Counted from the stretch's first letter, positions 1 through 8,663 are shown. The stretch: 64,000 nt of DNA from Candidatus Eiseniibacteriota bacterium (GCA_044222065.1 JBGAOA010000002.1:1-64000); one strand, 5' to 3'. Numbers and translations: made by a program. Notes: a model not told the origin generated them from the sequence alone.

Positions 1-419
1 CGATCGTCGTCGTGGGCGCCGTCGCGGCGATCCTCGTCTTCGACCGCGCCGCCGGCGCCCGGACGGCGCTCACGATGCTCGCGACGCTCGCGCCCGTGAA
101 CCTGGTCGTCGAGACGACGAAGCGCCTCACGTTCCGGACCCGGCCCGACGGCGAGCGCAAGCGCTCGAACGCCTCGTTCCCGTCCAGCCACGCCGCGAAC
201 GCGTTCGCGATCGCGGTCGTACTGTCCCGGCGCTGGCGCCGGGTCGCACCGGCATTTCTTGCCGCCGCCGCGGTCGTGGCGTACTCGCGCGTGTACCTCA
301 ATCGCCACTACGTCTCGGACGTCGTCGTGGGCGCGCTCGTGGGCGTCGGCGGCGCGTTCCTCGGCGCGTGGATCGTCGCGCGATGGCGCGCGCGGCGCGA
401 GGTGCCACAAAGTCCGTGA
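1..419 (+). CDS. PAP2-family (type 2 phosphatidic acid phosphatase-like) membrane phosphatase, 5' truncated by the window edge
   Basis: Motifs K-x6-RP (KRLTFRTRP), SFPSSH and SRVYLNRHYVSDV; hydrophobic helices. Confidence 0.85.
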   Translation, partial: IVVVGAVAAILVFDRAAGARTALTMLATLAPVNLVVETTKRLTFRTRPDGERKRSNASFPSSHAANAFAIAVVLSRRWRRVAPAFLAAAAVVAYSRVYLNRHYVSDVVVGALVGVGGAFLGAWIVARWRARREVPQSP

Positions 420-471
420 GCCGCGTGCGCCGCTCTGTTACTGTGGCGACGCAGTTGGAGAGGAGCGAGCG

Positions 472-939
472 ATGTCGACGACCGTACTCCAGACGGTTCC
501 GGACACCTGGCTCTGCACTCCCGATCTCAAGGCGAAGAAGCGGGACAGCGCGCTGACGCAACTGGCCGACTGGGCGGTGCAGGCGGGTGTGGCGCGAGAA
601 GCGGGGCTCCTGGCCTCGACCCTCGCGCGGCGCGAGCGTTTTGCCTCCAGCGCGATCGGCAAGGGCGTCGCGCTGCCGCACGCGCGCTCGGTGTGCGTCC
701 GCGAAGCGCGCCTCGTCGTGGCGCGTGCGCCGCGCGGCATCGAGTGGGACGAAACCGCGGACGGCCCGGTGAATCTCGTCGTCGTGGCGCTCGCGCCGTC
801 GGAATTCGGCGAGCTCGCGTTCTACGATCTGATCGCGCGCGGCGCCGCTCTCGTGCGACTCCAGCGCCACCGCCAGCGGCTGCTGGAGACGGGCGACGCC
901 GTGGAGCGACTCGCGCTCGTGAAGGAGATCGAGGCGTGA
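472..939 (+). CDS. PTS IIA domain protein (EIIA-2 / PtsN-like)
   Basis: RRERFASSAIGKGVALPHAR signature with the phosphorylatable His; ATG at 472 after GGAGAGGAG. Confidence 0.85.
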   Translation: MSTTVLQTVPDTWLCTPDLKAKKRDSALTQLADWAVQAGVAREAGLLASTLARRERFASSAIGKGVALPHARSVCVREARLVVARAPRGIEWDETADGPVNLVVVALAPSEFGELAFYDLIARGAALVRLQRHRQRLLETGDAVERLALVKEIEA

Positions 940-1274
940 TCGGGAGCCCGGGCGTGATCGAACTCCACGAACTCGACCTCGTTGCCGACGAGGCGCAGCG
1001 GGACGACGTGCGCCAGCGGCGCCGCAAGCTCGGGCTCGGAGAACTCGACCTCGAGGCGATCGAGCGCCAGCGCGCGAAGGTCGTCGGCGCGCAAGAGCGC
1101 CGCTGGCTCGTGCCCTACGAGCGCGCGCGCCAGCGCTACGGCCGGGGCATGGCCACGGTTCGCGACCGCGTGTGCTCCGGCTGCTTCGTCACGCTGCCGC
1201 GCACGGCCGCGCCGGCCGACTCGCCCGGCCTCGGGCACTGCGAGTCCTGCGGGCGCCTCCTCTACTGGGGCTGA
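936..1274 (+). CDS. Short C4-type zinc-ribbon protein (zf-RING_7 / DUF164-like C-terminal domain)
   Basis: YERARQRYGRGMATVRDRVCSGCFVTLP...HCESCGRLLY; GTGA overlap with the PTS IIA stop. Confidence 0.8.
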   Translation: MIGSPGVIELHELDLVADEAQRDDVRQRRRKLGLGELDLEAIERQRAKVVGAQERRWLVPYERARQRYGRGMATVRDRVCSGCFVTLPRTAAPADSPGLGHCESCGRLLYWG

Positions 1275-1362
1275 GCACGCGGGTCGTTTCCGGGCCGCGA
1301 ATTGGGCTATTCTCGCGGCGGTTCGAACGACCGGGAACATCCCGACCGGCGGAGGAAGTGGT

Positions 1363-1779
1363 ATGACGGTTTTCCGTGGACTCCGGATCGCCGCGAGTCT
1401 CCTGTGTCTCGCGAGCACCGGGTGCACGACCCTTCGGGAGCTGCCTCGGAACCAGATCGCGGCACGCCCCGAACGGCAGCACGTCCGCATCAAGACGCTC
1501 GACGGTCTCGAGTACGAGTTCGATTTCGTGCGCGTCGCCTCCGACACGCTCGTCGGCTACCGGCAGCGTGACGTGGAGGGCCGCTTCACCGAATACGCGA
1601 CGCTCGAGTTCCCGCTCGACCGGCTCGACCGCGTCTCCGTGCGCGCGATCGAGTGGAAGCGGACCGGCTGGATCGTCGGCGGCATCCTCGCGGGTGTCGT
1701 GACGGCCGGGATCGCGACCAAGAACGACGGCAACGACACGCCGGGCACGAGCGGCGGCGGCCGCCCTTACAACCCGTAG
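1363..1779 (+). CDS. Hypothetical lipoprotein
   Basis: ATG after GGAGGAAG; signal peptide with lipobox-like LASTG-C; C-terminal hydrophobic segment; good GC3 codon bias. Confidence 0.65.
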   Translation: MTVFRGLRIAASLLCLASTGCTTLRELPRNQIAARPERQHVRIKTLDGLEYEFDFVRVASDTLVGYRQRDVEGRFTEYATLEFPLDRLDRVSVRAIEWKRTGWIVGGILAGVVTAGIATKNDGNDTPGTSGGGRPYNP

Positions 1780-1812
1780 CGCGGTGGCGGACGGGCGCGG
1801 CTCGGCCGGGCG

Positions 1813-2151
1813 TCAGCGGGTGATCGCGCGGACGAGAACGGCGCCGGCGAGCGCGCCGAGCGCGTCCGCCGCGAGGTCGGTCGGATCGAAGCGCGTCGAG
1901 CGGCCGTCGCGCCACTCCTTCGCGATGCCGAGCACCAGCGTTCCGGCCGCGCCGATCTCGGGTTCTCGCGTCGCGATGCCGGCCGACGTCGCGAGCGCAA
2001 AGCTCAGTCCCGCGTGCTGCAGTCGGTCGGGGGCGAGCAGGCCGACCTGCCAGGCGCGCGCGCGCGCATCCGGCAGCGGCGGCTCCGCCGCGCGCGCGGG
2101 CGCGGCCGCGGCCGCGAGCAGGAGGGCGCATGCGATCGTGGTTCGGCGCAC
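1813..2151 (-). CDS. YfiM/DUF2279-like small exported or membrane protein
   Basis: Signal peptide; DRLQHAGLS...KEWRD...FDPTDLAADALG resembles YfiM-type DK..H / KE..D / DL..D motifs. Confidence 0.6.
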   Translation of the reverse strand: MRRTTIACALLLAAAAAPARAAEPPLPDARARAWQVGLLAPDRLQHAGLSFALATSAGIATREPEIGAAGTLVLGIAKEWRDGRSTRFDPTDLAADALGALAGAVLVRAITR

Positions 2152-3557
2152 GGCGGGAGCCTAGCACGACGGCCGACCTCGAGGCCGACGCGCGCGCGCG
2201 GCTCTCGCGGCGCGACTGGCCCGAGCCACTGCTCGCGGCGCTCGCGCGGCTGCGCGAGGGCGGGCACCAGGCGTGGCTCGTCGGCGGCGCCGTGCGCGAC
2301 GCGCTGCTCGGTCGCGCGCCGTCCCGGCGTGGGACACGTCGCGACCGATCTGCGCCCCGAGGCGGTGCGCGAGCGTTCGCGCGCGTCGAGCCGATCGGCC
2401 TCGCTCACGGGACCGTGCTCGTGCTCGAGCCCGGCGTGGCGCTCGAAGTCACGACGTTCCGCCGCGAGGCGTACGCCGACGCGCGCCATCCGGACTCGGT
2501 CGAGTTCACGGACGATGCCCGCGCCGATCTCGCGCGGCGCGACCTGACGGTGAACGCGCTCGCGTTCGATCCCGCGAGCGGCGTGCTGCTCGATCCGCAC
2601 GGTGGGCTCTCGGATCGCGCTGGCCGCCTGCGCGCCGGTCGGCGATCCGGCGGCGCGCTTCGCCGAGGACGCGCTGCGTCCGCTCGGGTCGCCCGCTTCG
2701 CCGCGACGCTCGAGATGGCGCCCGAGCCCGCGACGCGCGCGGCGCTCGCGATCCCGCTCGAGCGCGCGTCGCGCGTCGCGTGGGAGCGCGTGCGCGACGA
2801 GCTCGTGCGTACGATGGCGGCGCGCACGCCGTCCACCGCGTGGTGGCTGCTGCGCGAGGCCGGATTGCTCGCGCGCTGGCTCCCGGAGCTCGACGCCTGC
2901 TTCGCGGTGCCGCAGAACCGCCATCACGCCTACGACGTGTTCGTCCACAGCCTCGAGACCTGCGACGCGGCGCCGGCGGACAAGCCGCGGGTGCGGTGGG
3001 CCGCACTGCTGCACGACGTCGGCAAGCCCGGCACCGCCGTGCTCCGCAAGGGGGACTGGACCTTCTACGGGCACGAGAAGCTCGGCGCCGAACTCGCGGA
3101 CCGCGCGCTCGAGAGGCTCCGCTTTCCGACGGCCGAGCGCGAGGCGGTCGTGCACCTCGTGCGCGAGCACATGTTCGACTACCGCGCGCACTGGTCCGAG
3201 GCCGCGATCCGCCGCTGGCTGCGGCGCGTCGGCGTCGAATCGGTCGCCGATCTGTTCGACCTGCGAATCGCCGACGCGCAGGGCAACGGACTCCGTCACG
3301 GCTGGCCCGGAGCGCTCGACGAGTTCCGCGACCGGATCGAGCGCGAACTCGCGCGGGCGAGCGCGCTCACGGTGCGCGATCTCGCGCTCGGCGGCGCGGA
3401 CGTGATGCGCGTGCTCGGCGTGCCGGCCGGCCGCGAGGTCGGCGAGGCGCTCGACGCGATGCTCGAGCGGGTGCTCGAACACCCCGAACTCAACACGCCC
3501 GAGGCGCTCGAGCGCGAGCTGTGCGCGTGGGGTCGCGAACGCCGTCGTGATGCTTGA
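2130..3557 (+). CDS. cca: CCA tRNA nucleotidyltransferase / poly(A) polymerase family with HD domain; compensating frameshifts; start uncertain
   Basis: LVGGAVRD, EVTTFRRE, DLARRDLTVNA, LLHDVGKP and FYGHE. The expected ATDLRPE and VGDPAARFAEDALR segments lie in other frames (about 2330-2380 and 2620-2690). Confidence 0.85.
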   Translation: MRSWFGARREPSTTADLEADARARLSRRDWPEPLLAALARLREGGHQAWLVGGAVRDALLGRAPSRRGTRRDRSAPRGGARAFARVEPIGLAHGTVLVLEPGVALEVTTFRREAYADARHPDSVEFTDDARADLARRDLTVNALAFDPASGVLLDPHGGLSDRAGRLRAGRRSGGALRRGRAASARVARFAATLEMAPEPATRAALAIPLERASRVAWERVRDELVRTMAARTPSTAWWLLREAGLLARWLPELDACFAVPQNRHHAYDVFVHSLETCDAAPADKPRVRWAALLHDVGKPGTAVLRKGDWTFYGHEKLGAELADRALERLRFPTAEREAVVHLVREHMFDYRAHWSEAAIRRWLRRVGVESVADLFDLRIADAQGNGLRHGWPGALDEFRDRIERELARASALTVRDLALGGADVMRVLGVPAGREVGEALDAMLERVLEHPELNTPEALERELCAWGRERRRDA

Positions 3558-3582
3558 CCTGACCTCGGCACCCCCGTATTCT
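3554..3582 (+). promoter_or_regulatory. Putative sigma70 promoter for the polyprenyl synthase-rsfS-argS-pfkB operon
   Basis: TTGACC-N17-TATTCT. Confidence 0.55.
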
Positions 3583-3641
3583 GCGCCGCGCTCTATTGGA
3601 AGGAGAGGGGTTCACGCCGGTCCGGCGGCCCCCGCGAGCCC

Positions 3642-4625
3642 ATGACCTCGATTGCGGTTGTCCAGAGGCCGGTGCGCCGCGAGCTCGAGCGGGTCATGAC
3701 CCAGCTGCGTGCCGCGTTCCGGACTCCGATCCCCATCCTGAACGAGATCGGCGGCCACGTCCTGGCGACGCGCGGCAAGAAGCTGCGTCCCACGATGTTG
3801 CTGCTCGTCTCGCGCCTGCGCGGCCACGCCGACACGGACGCCGTGGTGTGCGCGACCGTGGTCGAACTCGTGCACGCGGCCGCGCTCATCCACGACGACT
3901 CCGTGGACCGCAGCGACCTGCGCCGCGGCCTGCCGACCGTGAACGGCCTGTGGACCGACGAGATGGCGATCATCATGGGCGACTACCTGTATGCCCAGGC
4001 GATGAAGCTGCTCGTGGATCACAAGCTGAACGGCGCGATGGGCGTCATGGCCCGCACGGTGACCGAGATGTCCTGCGGCGAGGCGCTCGAGTTCCAGTAC
4101 GCGTACGACCTCGACGTGAAGGAGGAGCAGTACGAGGAACTGATCCGCAACAAGACCGGCTCGCTGTTCGGGGCGGCGACCGAGATCGGAGCGGGACTGA
4201 ACGGCGGCGGCCGCGATCCGCGGCGCCGGGAGCGGTTCCGCCGCTTCGGCGAGCAGGTCGGCGTCGCGTTCCAGATCGTGGACGACCTGTTCGACTACCT
4301 GGCGGATCGCGAGGTGACGGGAAAGCCCGTCAGTTACGACCTCGCCGAGGGCAAGGTGACGCTGCCGCTCATCGCGGCGCTTCGCACCGCGACGGAGGCG
4401 GACCGCCGGTCCCTGCGTGCCCTCGCCGGTCGCCGCCGCTGGACGCCGCGGCAGTGGGAGAAGCTCGTCCAGCTGATCGAACGCGCGGGCGGGTTCCGCT
4501 ACGCGCGCGAGCGGGCGGGAGCGCTCGCCGACGAGGCCGTCGCGCTGCTCCGCAACGAGGCGCCGGGCTCGGCGCGCCGCGGGCTCGAGCACGCGGTCGC
4601 CTACAGCATCCAGCGCGACCATTGA
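3642..4625 (+). CDS. Long-chain polyprenyl diphosphate synthase (IspB/HepT-like)
   Basis: GKKLRP, first Asp-rich motif LIHDDSVDRSDLRRG, NKTG, second motif FQIVDDLFD. Confidence 0.92.
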   Translation: MTSIAVVQRPVRRELERVMTQLRAAFRTPIPILNEIGGHVLATRGKKLRPTMLLLVSRLRGHADTDAVVCATVVELVHAAALIHDDSVDRSDLRRGLPTVNGLWTDEMAIIMGDYLYAQAMKLLVDHKLNGAMGVMARTVTEMSCGEALEFQYAYDLDVKEEQYEELIRNKTGSLFGAATEIGAGLNGGGRDPRRRERFRRFGEQVGVAFQIVDDLFDYLADREVTGKPVSYDLAEGKVTLPLIAALRTATEADRRSLRALAGRRRWTPRQWEKLVQLIERAGGFRYARERAGALADEAVALLRNEAPGSARRGLEHAVAYSIQRDH

Positions 4626-5047
4626 GCCTGCCGCCGTCCGATCCGAATGCGCGCGCGTCCCACGCGCGCCGCGATCCCGCCGCCTCGCGCGCCGCGGGGC
4701 CGCCGGCGCTCGACGTGCTGCGCATCGCCGCCCGCGCCGCCGTTTCGAAGAAGGCCTCGCACCCCGTGGCCCTCGACCTGCGCGACCTCGACGGCGTGTG
4801 CGACTACTTCCTGATCTGCTCCGCGAACAACGAGGTGCAGGTGAAGGCGATCTCGGAGGCGGTCGAGGAGAAGCTCCGCGAGGCCGGCGCGAAGCCCTGG
4901 CACGTCGAGGGACGCGAAGGCCGCCGGTGGGTGCTGCTCGACTACGTCGAGGTCGTCGTCCACGTCTTCCACGAGAAGACGCGCGAGTACTACATGCTCG
5001 ACCGCCTGTGGGGCGACGCGAGGAGCGTGGCGCTTGATCTGGAGTGA
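4622..5047 (+). CDS. rsfS: Ribosome silencing factor RsfS (start uncertain)
   Basis: DYFLICSANNEVQVKAI...EG...WVLLDYVEVVVHVFHEKTREYYMLDRLWGDA. Confidence 0.92.
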   Translation: MSLPPSDPNARASHARRDPAASRAAGPPALDVLRIAARAAVSKKASHPVALDLRDLDGVCDYFLICSANNEVQVKAISEAVEEKLREAGAKPWHVEGREGRRWVLLDYVEVVVHVFHEKTREYYMLDRLWGDARSVALDLE

Positions 5048-6701
5048 GCTGACCCGCGGACTCGAGCAGGCGCTCGACGCCGCCGGAGTCTCCGCGGAGG
5101 CCGGACGCCGCGTCGAACTCGCGATCCCGCGCGATCCGTCGCACGGCGACTGGACGACGAACGTCGCGATGCTGTCGGCGAAGGCCGCGGGGCGGCCGCC
5201 GCGCCAGCTCGCCGAGGCGCTGGCCGCGGCGTTTCCGCCCTCGCCGCTCGTCGAGGCGCCCGAGGTCGCGGGCCCGGGGTTCCTCAACTTCCGCTACCGC
5301 GACGACGTGCTCGCGCGCCTGCCGGGCGAAATCGTGCGCGCCGGCGAGCGCTTCGGGACGCACGATCACGCGCACGGCACGCGCGTGCTCGTGGAGTACG
5401 TCAGCGCGAATCCGACGGGGCCGCTGAACGTCGTGAGCGCGCGGGCCGCGGCGGTCGGCGCCGCGCTCGTGCGGCTGCTCGCGGCGACGGGGCACGAAGC
5501 GGACGGCGAGTTCTACGTGAACGACGCGGGCAACCAGACCGATCTGCTCGGGGAATCGCTCGCCGCGCGCTTCGCGGAGCGCGTCGGCGTCGAGCGCGCG
5601 CTGCCCGAAGAGGGCTACCAGGGCGACTACGTGCGCGAACTCGCGGCGACGCTCGATCCCGCGGCCGCCCGTGCGGCGCTTGCCGCGCCGGACGGCCGCG
5701 CGTGGTTCCGCGATCGCGCGCTCGAATCGATGCTCGCGTGGCAGCAGCGCGACCTGTCGCGCTACGGTGCCGAGTTCCGGCAGTGGTTCCGCGAATCGCG
5801 GCTGCACGCGAGCGGGGAAGTGACGCAGGCGCTGGAGGCGCTCGAGCGGGCCGGCGGGCTGTACGAGAAGGACGGCGCGCGCTGGCTCGCGAGCGAGCGG
5901 CACGGCGACTCCGAAGACCGCGTGATCGTGAAGAGCAACGGCGTGCCGACCTATCTGCTGCCCGACATCGCGTATCACCGCGACAAGCGCGCGCGCGGCT
6001 ACCGTCACGCGATCAACCTGTGGGGGCCCGACCACCACGGCTACATCGCCCGGCTGCGGGCGGCGATGCTCACGCTCGGACTCGAGCCGGATTTCCTCGA
6101 GGTCCTGATCGTCCAGCAGGTGAACCTGCTTTCGGGTGGGCAGCCCGTGAAGATGAGCAAGCGTGCGGGCGAGTTCATCACGCTCTCGGAACTCGTGGAA
6201 GACGTCGGCGCCGATTGCGCGAAGTTCTTCTTCCTGATGCGCTCGACGAACGCGCACCTCGACTTCGATCTCGACCTCGCGAAGCGGCAGAACGACGAGA
6301 ACCCGGCGTTCTACGTGCAGTACGCGCACGCGCGCATCGCGTCCGTGCTGCGATTCGCCGCCGAGAAGGGCCATGCGCCCGCGCCGGCGGATGCCCCGGG
6401 CGCGCCGATCTCGGCACCGGAGGAGCGCGCGCTCGTCCGCAAGCTCGCGGCGTTCCCCGAGGTCGTGCGCGGCGCGGCGTTCGCGCGCGAGCCGCACCGC
6501 CTGCCGGTGTACCTGCTCGAGACCGCGGCCGAGTTCCACCGCTTCTACCACGCGTGCCGCGTCGTGGGCGACGATGCCGCCACGACGCGCGCGCGCCTGC
6601 GGCTGTGCGAGGCGGCCCGCCTCGTGGTCGCGAACGGGCTCGCGCTGCTCGGCGTCTCGGCTCCGGAGCGCATGGAGCGCCCGGCGGAGGCCGAGGCATG
6701 A
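5034..6701 (+). CDS. argS: Arginyl-tRNA synthetase
   Basis: HGDWTTNVA, GPGFLNF, VEYVSANPTGPL, WGPDHHGY, KMSKRAG, YVQYAHARI, C-terminal APERM. Confidence 0.97.
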   Translation: MIWSELTRGLEQALDAAGVSAEAGRRVELAIPRDPSHGDWTTNVAMLSAKAAGRPPRQLAEALAAAFPPSPLVEAPEVAGPGFLNFRYRDDVLARLPGEIVRAGERFGTHDHAHGTRVLVEYVSANPTGPLNVVSARAAAVGAALVRLLAATGHEADGEFYVNDAGNQTDLLGESLAARFAERVGVERALPEEGYQGDYVRELAATLDPAAARAALAAPDGRAWFRDRALESMLAWQQRDLSRYGAEFRQWFRESRLHASGEVTQALEALERAGGLYEKDGARWLASERHGDSEDRVIVKSNGVPTYLLPDIAYHRDKRARGYRHAINLWGPDHHGYIARLRAAMLTLGLEPDFLEVLIVQQVNLLSGGQPVKMSKRAGEFITLSELVEDVGADCAKFFFLMRSTNAHLDFDLDLAKRQNDENPAFYVQYAHARIASVLRFAAEKGHAPAPADAPGAPISAPEERALVRKLAAFPEVVRGAAFAREPHRLPVYLLETAAEFHRFYHACRVVGDDAATTRARLRLCEAARLVVANGLALLGVSAPERMERPAEAEA

Positions 6702-7627
6702 GCGGGCGGAGCGAGATCCTGGTCGTCGGCTCCGTCGCGTACGACTCGATCCGCACGCCGTTCGGCGAGGTCGAGGACGCGCTCGGCGGATCGGCGTCGT
6801 ACTTCTCGTGCTCGGCGAGCCACTTCGCGCCGGTCAAGCTCGTGGCTGTCGTGGGCGAGGACTTCCGCCCCGAGCATCGTGCGGCCTTCGAAGGCCGCGG
6901 CGTGGACCTGAGCGGGCTCGAGACCGCCGCCGGTCGCACGTTCCGCTGGCGCGGCGAGTACGCCGCCGAACTCGGCCACGCCCACACGCTCGAGACCCAG
7001 CTCAACGTGTTCGCGAGCTTCCAGCCGCGACTCGCGCCGCAGCACCGGAACGTGCCGTTCGTGTTCCTCGCCAACATCGATCCCGACCTGCAGCTGCACG
7101 TGCTGTCGCAGATGAAGAAGCCGCGGCTCGTGCTGTCGGACACGATGAACTACTGGATCGCGCGCAAGCCCGACCGCGTGCTCGACGTGCTGCGCGCCGT
7201 GGACGTCGCACTCCTGAACGAGGAGGAAGCGCGCGCGCTCGCGGGCGAGACGCAGCTCGTGCGCGCGGCCGACCGGCTGCTCGAGCAGGGCGCCCGCTCC
7301 GTGATCGTCAAGAAGGGCGAGCACGGCGCGCTCTACCGCTCGCACGACGAGCGCTTCATCACGCCGGCGTTTCCGGTCGAGTCGCTCCGGGATCCGACCG
7401 GCGCCGGCGACTCGTTCGCGGGCGGCTTCCTCGGCTGGCTCGCGCGCTGCGGCCGCATGGACGGCGATGCGATCCGGCAGGCGCTCGCGTGCGGCACTGC
7501 GATGGCCTCGATCGCGATCGAGGGATTCAGCCCGCAAAGGCTCATCGAGACCGACCTGGAAGAGATTTCCGCGCGGGTTACGACCCTCCACCGAATGGTG
7601 AGCTTCGCGCTGGAACCCTTGATCTAG
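6698..7627 (+). CDS. PfkB-family carbohydrate/nucleoside kinase
   Basis: VVGSVAYD...LGGSA N-terminal motif and DPTGAGDSFAGGF signature; ATGA overlap with argS. Confidence 0.92.
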   Translation: MSGRSEILVVGSVAYDSIRTPFGEVEDALGGSASYFSCSASHFAPVKLVAVVGEDFRPEHRAAFEGRGVDLSGLETAAGRTFRWRGEYAAELGHAHTLETQLNVFASFQPRLAPQHRNVPFVFLANIDPDLQLHVLSQMKKPRLVLSDTMNYWIARKPDRVLDVLRAVDVALLNEEEARALAGETQLVRAADRLLEQGARSVIVKKGEHGALYRSHDERFITPAFPVESLRDPTGAGDSFAGGFLGWLARCGRMDGDAIRQALACGTAMASIAIEGFSPQRLIETDLEEISARVTTLHRMVSFALEPLI

Positions 7628-7653
7628 TCGTTTGTTCCGGGGATCGTTCGGTG

Positions 7654-7662
7654 TGCTAACAT
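7654..7662 (+). promoter_or_regulatory. Putative extended -10 promoter for the 7704-10034 module
   Basis: TG-c-TAACAT in the intergenic region after the pfkB stop. Confidence 0.45.
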
Positions 7663-7703
7663 TGCCGCCGTCGTGCGGTCCCGACTCAACCCCCGGAGGC
7701 GCG

Positions 7704-8489
7704 GTGGCACTCGATACGAGCCGACTGCCATGGAAAGAGCAGCTGGAGGCCGCGATCCGCAGCCTGCGTGACGTGAAGGCCGCCAGCGTGGTCGCGGACG
7801 GCGAGCACATTCGAGAAATCCACGTCGTGGCCGGTCCCGGCCGAGGCCCCAAGCACATCGTTCGCGACGTTCAGACCGTGGTCGTGGCGCGCTTCGGCCG
7901 CCCGTTCGACCACCGCGTGGTGTCCGTCGCGATCGCCGAGGACGAGCCTGCCTCGATTCCGGCCGCCGTTGCGCCCGTCGCGGCGCCGGCTCCCGCCGAA
8001 CGCCCCGCCACGCCCCCGGCGGAGCCGAACGGCCTCGTGCGCGTGGCACGAATCCGGTTCGTCAGCGTCAATCTGTACGTGTCGGGTCCGCGAGCCCAGG
8101 CGCAGGTCGAGCTGCGTTGGAAGGGCATTTCGCGAATGGGCAGTGCGACCGGGACCGCGACCCGGGAGGGCGCCTCTCAGCTCGTCGCCGCGGCGACCGT
8201 ATCCGCCTTGCAGGAATTCCTCGAGGACGGCTGGGGCCTCAGCGTCTCGGGCGTCCAGTTCGCGAGCGTCGGCCGCAAGGAAGTCGTGATCGTCGCATTG
8301 ACGCTGCTCGCGCACCGCCAGGAAAAGTCACTGGTGGGAAGCTGCACGATCGAGCAGGATGCGCACCAGGCGGTCGTGCTCGCCACGCTCGCGGCGCTCA
8401 ATCGCGTCGTCGGCGGACTTCCGACGCGCGAGCCGACCGAATACGTTTTGAGACCGACATCGACTCAGGAGGACAGCGAAGCGGTCTAG
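7704..8489 (+). CDS. Conserved hypothetical two-domain protein; C-terminal half resembles the LeuA (2-isopropylmalate synthase) allosteric domain
   Basis: GTG after GGAGG; N-domain EIHVVAG..RGPKHIVRDVQT..FDHRVVSVA; Pro/Ala linker; C-domain ending LVGSCTIEQDAHQAVVLATLAALNR. Confidence 0.75.
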   Translation: MALDTSRLPWKEQLEAAIRSLRDVKAASVVADGEHIREIHVVAGPGRGPKHIVRDVQTVVVARFGRPFDHRVVSVAIAEDEPASIPAAVAPVAAPAPAERPATPPAEPNGLVRVARIRFVSVNLYVSGPRAQAQVELRWKGISRMGSATGTATREGASQLVAAATVSALQEFLEDGWGLSVSGVQFASVGRKEVVIVALTLLAHRQEKSLVGSCTIEQDAHQAVVLATLAALNRVVGGLPTREPTEYVLRPTSTQEDSEAV

Positions 8490-8566
8490 CCTCGAACAGC
8501 GGAGCGGACGCACCTTTCGGATCACTCGATCCGATGAGGAATTCATCCTCGAAGGAGGTGACGTTC

Positions 8567-8605
8567 GTGGACATCCTCGTGCTGTTGGGCAAGGCGGGCT
8601 GGTAA
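8567..8605 (+). CDS. 12-aa micropeptide MDILVLLGKAGW (signal peptide or leader peptide)
   Basis: Perfect SD AAGGAGGTGA (8552-8561), 5-nt spacer, then GTG GAC ATC CTC GTG CTG TTG GGC AAG GCG GGC TGG TAA in an otherwise intergenic region. Confidence 0.6.
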   Translation: MDILVLLGKAGW

Positions 8606-8622
8606 TCTCCCGTAACGACGGA

Positions 8623-8663
8623 ACCGGCGCCGAACGCCGGTAGACATCTCCGGACGAGATGTC
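8623..8663 (+). promoter_or_regulatory. Tandem RNA hairpins between the micropeptide and the HD-GYP gene
   Basis: ACCGGCG-ccgaa-CGCCGGT (8623-8641) and GACATCTC-cggac-GAGATGTC (8643-8663), followed by a C/T-rich tract with no poly-U. Confidence 0.55.

Noticed and set aside
3596..5047. Long N-terminal extensions on rsfS, pfkB, purM, purB, purL, purQ, lolC/E, mcsB, lpxA, lpxB, nadB and others in the ORF track
   Set aside because: The extensions are off-frame reads of the upstream gene. True starts sit at the stop/start overlaps.
3612..6551. Very long antisense and alternate-frame ORFs (e.g. 3612-6551 -, 21042-23684 -, 23359-26289 -, 30203-32848 -, 39565-42666 -, 52455-55505 +)
   Set aside because: Shadow ORFs caused by stop-codon scarcity at high GC. 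They are Arg/Ala/Pro-rich, have no recognisable motifs, and overlap clearly identified genes.
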